Shown piece by piece: positions 9,301 to 21,300 of a DNA stretch of 25,987 nucleotides. Where the stretch lies: the IMG/VR virus record IMGVR_UViG_3300037657_000155, positions 1 through 25,987 of that record; one strand, given 5' to 3'. The stretch is from a virus. Its lineage: Duplodnaviria; Caudoviricetes. Each line of letters opens with the position of its first letter. Positions within the stretch are counted from its first letter, which is position 1. A program made the translations under genes and the position numbers. The notes beneath the pieces were generated by a model that was not told where the DNA came from, searched no databases, and saw only the letters and a list, made by a program, of their open reading frames with translations.

Positions 9301-12300
9301 TCCCGTTGGAACAGCTTTGTCCAATTATTCAACGAGGCCATGAACAACGGGGAAATCCCCATGAAGTTACCGCCGTCTGGTTTGGAAGGACAGGAACGGG
9401 GCACGGTGGAGTGGACCGAGTCGGAAGTGTTCGACCTTATAACGGACGAAATGGCGCGCTTTCAGAATGAGGGCGGGAAAGCACAGGGACAGGAACATGA
9501 GATTGAAACGGCAGCAATCCCGCTGACTGAAGAGCAGCTCCAGGATGACGGTTTTATCCCGGAAAAGGATATTGAGGCGATTGTTGACACAACTGAGATC
9601 AATATTATAGGTTTAAAGGAGGAATTATATGAAGAAGGGTTCAGTGACACCGAGATCGGCCAAATTGTTAGCGGCCTTGAAGCAGCAAGTGATAATAAAA
9701 TCGCTGGCAAAGAGTTTGCTGAAAGACTTGCGGCCCTCAAAGAACAAGTAAAAAAATCCAAAACCGAGCAGCCAGCCCCCACGACAGACGGGGAACTTTT
9801 CAACACCAACGACATCTTCACCCTCTCCGGCAACCAGCCCGTGAAGCAGGGGGAATTCAAAACCGCAAAGGAACCGAAAGCGGAACTGTTTGCGCGTCCA
9901 AAACCAGTATTTCAAACCGAGCGGGAAAAAGAAGAAGGGCAGAAGAAGAAGCTGGCGGAAGCCCTCGCGGCAAAGAAAAAGCCTCAAAAGATCAACGTTC
10001 CACCAACCGAGGACCTTTCAAAGAAATCAATCAACGAGCTGGTCACAGACGCCTTCGATGTAATCAACCACTTCATCGAAGAAGATGAGGGAAAGGTATC
10101 GGATACCCGTATCGACTACGGTAAGACTGAGGGTATCAAGCAGGAGCTGTACCAGATGCTACGGCCGATCCTTGAAGAGATCGCAAAGCGGGCCACGACA
10201 AAGGGCCTTGATGTAAAGGCGTATCTCTTTGGTGCCGTTGACGCGCAGCAGGAAGGCAAGGCGAAACAGTTTTACGAAGCGGCAGCCGCGCAGTATGCCG
10301 AGGAACAAAATAAGCCGGTGCCGGAAGTGGTAAAAACGGAAGCCCCGAAGGGAATCGAAGAAGGCCCGGCTGAAGAGGGATTTTCGTGGGGGCCGTTGTC
10401 CAGCACGCTTGCAGAACACATAGAGAATATTGACGCCGAGCTGGGGGCGCGACTCAAAAAACTGGCAGGCCCGAGGTTCTCCGATTACGAGGCAGTGGTT
10501 GACGAAATCAAGAAGGCCATGAAGGAAGCGACCGAACGGGGAGAAACAGAAAAAGCCAATAATATAAAGGAAGAGCTGGGTGTAACAACGGGAAACTTGA
10601 GGATGCCGACGGCGGAACAGCGGGCAGCATCCCGGGCCATGGAAGGGAAGGAGACGTCAACAGAAACAACCCAGGAAACCGGGGCAAAGAAGCCACCTTT
10701 TGGTGCGACAGAGCTTCTTGGCACCATACCGGACAAGGAAAACAACCTCGAAATATTCATTGCTGGAAACATCAACGGCAATAGCTTTTCCGTATCCATC
10801 AGAGATAACGACTCCATGGAATTTTTGCCGACAGTAAGAATATTCCCGTCGGAAAAACAAGCGTGGGAAGTGGCCGGAGAGATTGCCCAGGGAAAGAAAG
10901 CCAAAATAGACCCACCCGACAGCTGGCGCGACAATCTTATCAAGGCCCGTATGTATGCCGGAATGTTGGGCGTGAAGTACGAGGGAGATTGGTACACCTC
11001 GAAGATCGTCGAGGCCATAGACAAGAAACTGGCGGAAAACGAAGCATTAAAACCAGCGGAACCACCGAAGGGCAAAACGTTTGACATGAACCTCTCCGAG
11101 AGGATCCGCGACAAAACGCTTGAGAAGGTGAAGCCATACCTCAACCCAAACAACAGCGAGACGGCCTTGCTTGCCACCATCGAGAAGTCAGCCGACGAGG
11201 CATACGGCGAGATAGTGGATGAAATTTTAGGTTCAAATGAGCCCTTGTCCACCACGCAGAAGGTCTACCTGGACACATGGGACAAGAAAAGCTTCGCCGA
11301 GGCGGTACTCAATTACATCAAACGCCACGACCTTTTGACCAAAAAACAGGAAGCGGAGGCACCGAAGGAAACACCGAAACCCGAAGTTTACAAAACCGGT
11401 GACCGGGTCGTCATCTCCGACAAGCATTACAGCCTACCCATGCGTGGAAGGCACGGCGTCATCAAAGCGGTGGGCGGCTACACCATGCAGGCTATTTTCG
11501 GTGGCCATACAACACACAACGTCACCTACGAAGTGGAAACCGACAACGGATTGACCCTCATGTCCATGCGGGCCGAAGACCTTGAGCGCGAAACCGGGCC
11601 GTTTGCCGGCAAGCTCGTGAAGGATGTTTACTTCGATAACCGTTACCAGACGCCCGAGAACCTCTTTGGCATGATCTCGTACAGCAAAAAACACGCGCAG
11701 AACTCACGGGAAGCAGCTGACCGGGCACGAAAAGAGGCCAACAGGGCTTCTCATTTACGTGTAGCGGCAAGCTACGACAAAGACGCGCAGAAGTACCAGG
11801 ACGCTTTTGATGCGTGGGCAAAAAAATACCCGGAAGAGGCGGAGAGGCTCAGGCCAAAGCCGAAGAAGCAGCCACCGCAACAGACGGCGGCACCGACACC
11901 GGAAACCGGAACCGTTACCAGCATATCAGATGTACACGATGCACTCGACAAGCTGAAAAGCGTCGGGTTGACCCTGGTAAAGACAACGACCAAGAACGGG
12001 CATCCCGTGTGGAACCTTGGGGGCAACACCAGGAACTACAAGGACGCGATCAAGAAGGCGAAAGGAATATGGTACGGCCCTAAGAAGGTATGGTCATTTT
12101 ACGGTACCGAGGATCCGACGGAGAAGATCATTAAGGCTTTCGATACTATGTATAGTCACCCGGACATGGTGCCATGGCAATCCAAGAAAGGAGAACAAGG
12201 GAAGTCACCCCTCACGACAGACAGGGGGGCATTGATACCAAAGTCGTCTATCGGAAAGAACAAGTACGGCCAGGAGATATTCGAGGACGAGAAGGGCGTC

Positions 12301-15300
12301 CGCTCCATCATGGAGGGACCCATCCGGATAACCGAACCAGTTGGCCTTACTCCTACCAGAAACGGAATAACGTTTGATGTAGAGCGTAAAGATCCTCGAT
12401 TTCTAACGACAGACGAGAACACACAAACAACAGCCGCACCGAATGCACCGACCGGGCAAGGAACCCAACCCGTGCAACCGCAGGCACCATCACCAACCGA
12501 AGAACGCATGGACGCCGACAAGATAAAGGCCGCCCGCGCCATCATGGCAAAGGTCGATGACGCGCTCGCCAACCAGAAAACGTTCACCCGCGAGCAGCTC
12601 ATGAAGTGGGGTGAGGAAGCATACGGCGGCACCATCGCCAGTGGCGCGCTTACATGGAAGGACCTCTTCGACGCCATGGAGCTGGGTATAAACCGCTACC
12701 TCGGACAGGGCCAGCGCTTATACGATCCCACGAGAGGCATGGTCATCGACGCCCGTGACACGATTGACAGCATACGGGAACACGTTCTTGACAAGATCCC
12801 CTCGCAGCATGGCTTCAGAACAAAGGAGATGGACGAGTACCAGCAGTTCTCGACGCCCCCGGATCTGGCTTACCTCATGGCATGGGTGGCAAACATCAAG
12901 CCGGGTGAGACGGTCCTGGAACCATCGGCTGGCGTGGGCGGCCTCGCCGTATTTGCGAGGAACGCAGGGGCGAAGGTGTACGTCAACGAACTTTCGCAGC
13001 GGCGGGCAAGCCTGCTGCGGCAGATGGGTTTCGGGCAGGTTTTCACCGAGAACGGGGAACAGCTCAATAACATCCTTCCTGATCACATAAAGCCAACCGT
13101 AATCATCATGAACCCGCCCTTTTCTGCAACGGCGGGCCGGATGCAGGGGAGGAGAAGTCCCGAGAACCTCATCAGGCATATTGGCCAGGCGTTGTCACGG
13201 CTGGAGCCGAATGGCCGCCTCGTGGTGCTGACCGGCAAGGGGTTGTTCGGCGAATCGAAAACCTTCAACGAGTGGCTGGACAACATCGATGTCACCAATG
13301 ACGTAATCGCCGACATCACCATCTCCGGCGAGGGCTACAGAAAATACGGCACCACCTATGATAACCGCTTGATTGTGATTGACAAAACGAAAACGAATGC
13401 TACAGTAATACAAGGGGAAGTCAGCGACATCAAGCATGCCGCTGCCCTCCTGAAAGGAGTTCGCGATGCGAGAAACAGTGTCACAGAACAACCATCCGCT
13501 CAACCAGGCAGCAAAGAAGTTTCTCAAGGATCCCGACCCGTCGATGCTGTATTGCCTCCAGCTGGTGGAGGAACAGTGGAACGAGGGCAGGGTACCGCTC
13601 AACAACGTCCGGGGCCAGGAGGTATACCCGTTCTTCGAGGAGATGGCGGGGCTGGACCCGAAACGGGCCTGGAACCTGCTCCAGAGGGACGGGGACCTGA
13701 CGGATCAGAAAGAACTGCCGACGATATCAGCGGACAACCTGGCGTGGGCAGTAGTAGACCAGCTGACGAGCATGCTGGAAGCGGCGGATTACTAAACACC
13801 GAGCCAGCCCTTACCATACAACAAACAGAAGAATACACCGACGAAGACCTCGAATCGGGCAACATCTTTGAGGAATACACACCTTCCATAAAAATTGAAG
13901 GGGCGCAGCCGCACCCCTCGGAACTTGTCGAAAGCGCGGCCATGGCAACCGTAAAAGCGCCAAAAGCGAGCTATGTGCCGAATATCGACAAGAAACTCGC
14001 CGAAACCGGGGCATTAAGCGACGTCCAGCTCGAAGCAATCACCATGGCTGGACAGGCCCACGGAGAAGTCCTCGGGTCCGGCGTCTATCTTGACGCGCAC
14101 GGCAACGTTGCAACCAGCGGGAGCCAGGAAAACACAACGTTCCACGCATTCCGCAAGGGCTTCTTCATCGGCGACGGCACCGGCGTGGGCAAGGGAAGGG
14201 AGATCGCCGGCATTATCCTCGATAACTGGAACCGGGGCAGGCGCAAAGCCCTATGGATAAGTCAGAATACGGACCTTATCCACGACGCACAGCGCGACCT
14301 CAGAGCTCTTGGTATGGACCCGAACCTGGTAATAGATTATGCCGGCGTGAAATTCGGCCAGCCCATCAAGCAGAAAGAGGGCATCCTTTTCATAAGCTAC
14401 GATACGTTAAAGTACAAAAAGGGCACGGTTCGCCGGATCGACCCCGTCGTAGCGTGGGCAGGGCAGGAATTCGACGGCGTCATAGCCTTTGACGAATCCC
14501 ACAACATGGGAAATGCATTGTCTACCAGGGGGAGGAGGGGAACGAAAAAGCCGTCCATGAAGGCAGTGGTGGGCGTTGAGCTGCAGTCGCGTCTTTACAA
14601 TTCGCGGGTTGTGTATGCGTCAGCTACCGGCGCAACGGAAGTTGCGAACCTTTCCTACTGCGACCACCTTGGGTTGTGGGGGAAGGGAACGCCCTTTTCC
14701 AGCAAGCGGAATTTCATCGAGCAGATCTCCGGTGCGGGCATCGCCGGAATGGAAATGATCGCCCAGGGGCTCAAGGCCATGGGATCCTATGTTGCCCGGA
14801 ACCTTTCCTTCGACGGGGTGAAGTACGAAACCATCGAGCACGAGCTGACCGAGAACCAGAAGGCCATTTACGACGAGATGGCCCGGTCATGGCAGATCGT
14901 CCTGCAGAACATCCACGCCGCACTCCAGGCGACCGGCGTAACCGCGACCAACCACACCGGGCAGGTCGTCACCAGGAACGGCAACGCCAGAAAGAATGTC
15001 ATGGGCGCATTCTGGGGCGCGCATCAGCGGTTTTTCAACCAGATCATCACGTCCATGCAGACTCCGACAGTCATCAAGGCCATAGAGAAGAATCTCGCAG
15101 ACGGCGACGCAGCAGTGGTGCAGCTCGTGAACACCAACGAGGCGCAGACCGACCGGGCAATGGCCAGACGGGAGGAAGGCGAACGCCTGGAAGACCTTGA
15201 TCTCACCCCCCGTGAGGGGCTGATGAACTACCTGGAACACAGCTTCCCTGTCCAGCAATACGAAGAGTACACCGATGACAACGGAAATATTCGTTCGCGC

Positions 15301-18300
15301 CCTGTTCTGGACTCGAAGGGGAACCCTGTCATCAACCGGGAAGCTGTGGCCATGCGTGACGCGCTGCTGCGGAGGCTCGGCATGCTGAAGGTGCCGGATG
15401 CACCCCTTGACATGATTATCCACCATTTCGGCATCGAGAAGGCAACGGAGGCAACGGGCCGCTCGAAACGGCTCGTAGACAAAACAAACGACCAGGGCGA
15501 GAAAGAGCGGGTCGTGGAACGGTGGAGCAAGGCAAAAGGGCTCAACGACATCCAAGCCTTCATGAATGACAAGAAACAGCTTCTCGTTTTTTCCGACGCT
15601 GCCGGTACCGGCAGGAGCTTCCACGCGGACAGGACAGAGAAGAACCAGCGGCTGAGGCACCACTATTTATTACAGCCCGGCTGGAGAGCTGACCGTGCTA
15701 TCCAGGGGCTGGGCCGGACCCACCGGAGCAACCAGAAACAGCCGCCTTACGTCCACCTTGTCACAACAAACCTGAAGGGGCAGAAACGGTTCATCTCCTC
15801 TATTGCTCGCCGGCTTGAACAGCTGGGGTCCCTTACCAAGGGGCAGCGCGACACGGCGACGCAGGGCATCTTCAAGTTGAAGGACAACCTTGAAAATTCG
15901 CATGCACCCCAGGCGTTCATCCGGCTCATAAACACGATATTCAGGGGCGGCATTGAGAATCTGTCTATGGCGGAATTTGAACAGGAAACGGGCATGAGGC
16001 TGACCGACGACCAGGGTCAGCTCAGGGACGACATCCCCGAGATAACCCAATTTTTGAACAGGCTTCTTTCGCTGACCGTGGACCGGCAGGAGGAAGTGTT
16101 TAACGCCTTCGACGCCCACCTTGACCGGATCATCGAAAAGGCGGCGGCAGACGGCACCCTCGATGCGGGCATGGAAACCATTTTGGCGAAGGGGGCGAAA
16201 CGGACCCGGGAAGAAATAGTCTACACCGGCCCCCAGGGAGAGCAGACAAAGTACAACGAGATCGAGATCTCCGAGGACGCTGTCACCGTTAATTTTCAAT
16301 CGAGTAAAGTGTGGGCAGCCTCAGGGTATGTGGTGAACAAAAAGAGCGGTGTTGTATGGGCGGCAAACAGGGAACGGATCACGACCGATACCAGCACCGG
16401 CGAAGTGATGGCCGTTGTAACCCTCACGAGCCCCCGGGGCACGGTCAGTGTCGTGGAGGCAAAAGACCTTAAGGACGGGGAAAAATACGATCGGATTGAC
16501 GACATGGCTCAGGCCGAGGCGATATGGGGTGAACAGCACGACATGGTGCCGAAGACGAAGACGCGGAAGATCCACCTCATTACAGGTGCGCTCCTGCCCA
16601 TATGGGACCGGCTCCCCCAGGAACACGTCAGGGTTATGCGGCTCAAGCTCGACACGGGCGAAAAGCTGCTGGGCCGGCTGATTCCCGACAAGAGCCTCAA
16701 CGGTGTCCTGAAAAAGCTGAATGTTGACAAGTCAACTGCAGCGTACACGCCGGAACAGGCTGTGAATGCCATCCTGGACAATGGGGAAACGATAACTCTT
16801 GCGAATGATTGGACGCTGAAGCGCGTGAAAACCCAGGGCATGGACCGGATCGAAGTCACCGGCGAAACGCTGTGGCGGTTCGAGACCCAACTTGAACAAA
16901 GCGGCGCCCTCATCGAGCGCATAAGCTACAAGACACGAGTATTCATCCCTACCGGAGACGACGGGATCACGGTCATGAAAGAAATCCTGGCCATCAGCCC
17001 CATCTTTGACGTGGAAGGCGGGGGTGGACCCTTGACAACCAGCATAGCAGAACGTAAGCTTGAGTATGGCGAGAAAGCAAAAGAGCAGGGTGCTTTATTC
17101 AATACCGACACCGCCCAACCTGGACGACCTTCACGTCGAAAACCCGAAACCATACTGCGTCAACAGGAAGTTGTCACGGAAAGAATCGGCAGCTATCGCG
17201 CTGGAACAAGAAAGATCGAAAACAGCGATGATGTTGCTGACATAGCCCGCAACCTTCTCGACGATCCCCAGGAAACATTCGCAGCAATCCTTATGAAAGA
17301 CGACGGTACTGTCCACAGCGTCCACCGTGTGAGCAGGGGCGGGACAAGTTCATCGATCGTGCAGCCAACTGTGGCAATCGGACAGGCCCTCAACACCGAG
17401 GGAGTGACCGGCCTGTGGTTCATCCACAACCACCCGTCGGGTGTAGCGGAGTTGTCAACGGAAGACAAGGACGTGGGAGTACGCCTGTTCAGGCTCGCCC
17501 AGGGATCGGGGGTAATGGTTCGCGGGATCATGGCCGTCACACCAATGGAGTATGCTGCGATGAACTACGGGGCTTTTGCAGTCCCGGATAAGACCGCCAA
17601 AATGCCAAAACGCAAACAGGCGGAAACGCTCCCCGTTGTCGAGCGGCGTTACAGCAAGCAGAAGACCGGAAGGCTGGCCGCGTCAAGCCCTGCTTCGGCA
17701 ATAAAAATATTCAACAAAGCTGGCATCAAAGAAGACAGTCCAGACATTACCGTCGGTTTTTTCGACGTTCGGAATAAATTAATTAGTACCATCACGATAG
17801 AGAGGCTGACGCCGATCCGGGGAGAGATCCAGCGCATGCTGCTCCAGGAAGCTGAGCGGAGGAACGCCTCGAACATGATCGTATATGCCCCGCAGCGAGT
17901 ACTTCTCGAAGGAGAAGCGAAAAATATTTCCAATTTCGGGAAGGCAGCCGGCCTCCAGGTACTGGACATCATCGACGCTGGTGGCAGTATGCAGCAGCGG
18001 GGCATGGTAACCCCAGACGCAAACCCGACGTTCTTCAAGCTGACCACCGCGGCTGACATGGAGAACCTCTCCTTTGACATCCGGCCGCCGAAGACGCCAC
18101 GGTTCTCCGTGGACCAGGTGAGACAGTTCCTTGCACTGCCCTTGAAGCAGTGGAAGAACATAGGAAAGGTACAGGTCATAAAAACGGCCCGCGATCTCCC
18201 GGTGCGGTTCATGGGATATGTTCGGGAGGGGGACACAATCTTCGGTGCATACGACCAGGAGACGGACACCACCTATATCATCGCCGACTCGATACCGAAC

Positions 18301-21300
18301 GCACGGGCTGCAATCGTTACCCTCATCCATGAGACAATCGGGCATCGGGGGATCACGGCGATTTTCCGGAATGCCGACGTGGATCTCATCTGGCAGCAGA
18401 TCGCGAAAGCATACCAGGGAACGCCGCTCATGGATCGTATTGTCAAAGGGTATGGCCAGAAAATGGGGACCTTGAGGCTTCCCCTCGACTTAAACGACAA
18501 GGACGACAGGAGGATAGCCGTCAGTGAGTTCATCGCCCACATGGCGGAGGCACGGGAAGCCACCCCGGTATGGACGAGGATCGTCGGGATCATCCGGGCA
18601 GCGCTCAGAAGGATTGCTCCGAACCTTACGTGGTCGGACGCCGACATCCTCCATCTGATTGACCGGGCACGAAGCTATTCCGGTGTCGTGCCGAAGGAAA
18701 CTACGGGGACGTACTTCAAAAAGGGGATGGAAGGCTCTACAACGGGCAGCACCGTCGTTGACGACCTCCTGCAAAAGATTGAGGCATTGGCGCCTCCGGA
18801 GCCAAAAGCTCCATCGTTAGAGATCAAGGACTGGGTTCGGGACCATGCAAAGGCTGCGGCGGTAACCATCATGTCGCACATGCCGGAGAACCTTCCCCAC
18901 GCCCATTTCCTCGAACGGGTACTGAAGAACCCTCTCTGGTATGAACACCCGGTATTGAAGCAGCTCTTCAACGTCATGGCCCACCACCGGCAGGAGACGT
19001 ATCACGAGCTTTTCTATGACTTCAACGACGTGGGTGAAGGCGCAACCGTGTCGGAGGCGCTTGCGAAACTGCGCAAAAGCGACAAGGCGGGCTATGAACA
19101 GCTTACGAAACTGCTCATCGAGGCTGACACGGAATGGGTTCGCGAGAAGGAGTGGACTTTTACAGACCGCATCAGAACCATGAAGGTGTCGGAGGATGTC
19201 AAACGGGTTGCTTTACTGATCCGGTCAGCCTTCGACAAGATGCTCGACGCCAGGCAGGCGCCTATGAAGGAACTGCTCAAGAAGCTCGAAGAAGAGGGAT
19301 ACGAGGAGGACCCGTTCTCCCTTGATGAGGAAGGGAAAAAGAATTTCCACGTTTTTACCGTGAGGCCCACGAAAGAATTCGACAGTTTCTGGACCGCTTC
19401 GGGGAAGGAGAGGCAGGAGCGGGCAGGGCTTCCCTACCACCAAGGGATAAACTACATCATGGGACACGGCCGGGCCGGAGGCATAGAGGTGCAGGCGATC
19501 CATTTCTCGAAAGAAGCGTTCACCGAACAGACGGCGGAAGATTGGTGGAATGATCATAAACGGTTTTTCCGCAAGGCACACAAGGATTTTAAAGCCGAAC
19601 TGCGGCAGACCATCATAGGGGCATTACAGGTCATGGACGAATGGCGGGGATATTACTTCCCGCGGCTGAGAAAGACCGGGAAAATAGTCATTACCGCTTA
19701 TAGGGAAAACAATTTCGGCGACCGTGACTATATCCGGGAACACGGCGGGAAATACTGGAGCGAACTGCGAAAGACGGAACTGGAAAAAGAAGGGTATCAA
19801 GAGATAAAGGTATCTGATTTCCAGAAATTACCGGAATCGGTCTACCTCAACATTAAGGCGATCGACATACAAAAGGCAATCGATTACGCTGTAACGGGAA
19901 TGAAGAACACGACAAGCGCGGACCTTCTCGCGAAATTCAACGAGGATCTCATTGAACAGGCCGTCAACATGATCCGCGAGCGTGGCATCGAGTCAACGAA
20001 AATACACCGGAAAACAACGGGGCGCGTCGTCCAGGGATTCATCACCGACCCTGTCGAGGCGTTCTTGAGGTATATGTCGGGCGTGGCCGGCGGCATGGCA
20101 AAGGGGGAGGTATCCAGAAAATCTACCGAATTGCTGTCACAGATCAACCCGGCGTCCGAGGCGAAGGCATATGACACGGCCAAGCGGTACATCGAGGAAA
20201 ACCTGAGAAACGTTGACGGAGCAGACCGGATCATGGCATATGCAAAATCAATAGCGACGCTCAAATTCCTTGGCTTTAACCCACGGTCCGCCGTTGTCAA
20301 CATGACGGCCATGGTAACATCCGCTCCGGCTGCCATCCACCAGTATGCCGGCGACAAGAAGGTCAGCATGGTGACGGTGGAAAAAGAGATCGCACGTGCC
20401 GGCATTTCCTACGCAAAGCACATGGCGGGCAAGCCCCTGGAGGCAGAGGAACAGATCATAGCGGAACGTATTACCCGGGAAGGGTACGACGCCCCGCAGC
20501 TCACCCGGGATGCATTGGGTGCCATGCAGGGCGGGCTTGAACGCTCGTGGGAACGGATCATGAAAGTGGCCATGTACATGTTCGGCAAGACCGAGCAGTG
20601 GAACAGGGGCACGACGATCCTTGCGGCATACAAGGTAGCAAAGATACATTTTGCGAAAGAAGGGCTGAAAGGGGATGCGTTACAGGAAGCGGCATACAAG
20701 GCGGCGATCGAGGCCACCGACAAGGCCCATGCCTCGTATGGAAAGTCGAATATGCCTGAGTGGGGGCAGGGAACGTCGGTATCCGCCAAGGTTGGCCAGG
20801 CCATGTATGTCTATGGCAACTTCGGCCACAACTATGTCCAGCTCCTGTACGATCTCGGCGCTAAGAAGCACAACATTGTTGGTTTTACCTGGGCGCTGGC
20901 AGCACCTGTGATAATTGCCGGTGGGGCAGCGTGGCCTTTTAAGGACGAGATGCTCTGGCTTATCAATGGAATGCTCCGAATGCTGGGCATCACCACAGGG
21001 GTGGACAAGTTTGTGTGGGACAAGACGAGGAAACACCTCGGTGAACAGGCAGAGGTCCTGGGACGCAGGGGGATATTCGGGCTGGCAGGTGTAGATATTT
21101 CAGGATCGCTCGGGATAGGGCTTGGTATACCTACAGGGCTATTGGGCCTGACAGGTGCGATGGGCGGTGTTGCAGAAGATATTGCTAAAGCCAGTCATTT
21201 CGTCAGCATTGGACAGACCGGAAGGGCGCTTGAGAAAACACTGCCCACGGCAGCGTCAAACATCTTCCGGGGAATACGGGAAGCCAAAACGGGAGTAACG

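Noticed and set aside
16723-16736. Palindrome GTTGAC-AA-GTCAAC containing TTGACA
   Set aside because: No -10 at 16-18 nt spacing; a 6-bp inverted repeat is expected by chance in 26 kb.
5715-20911. Other same-strand alternative-frame ORFs (5715, 7385, 12017, 12755, 14676, 16448, 18218, 20675 etc.)
   Set aside because: Arg/Ser/Pro-rich off-frame composition, mostly over conserved domains, with no convincing promoter plus SD, unlike 13466-13795.
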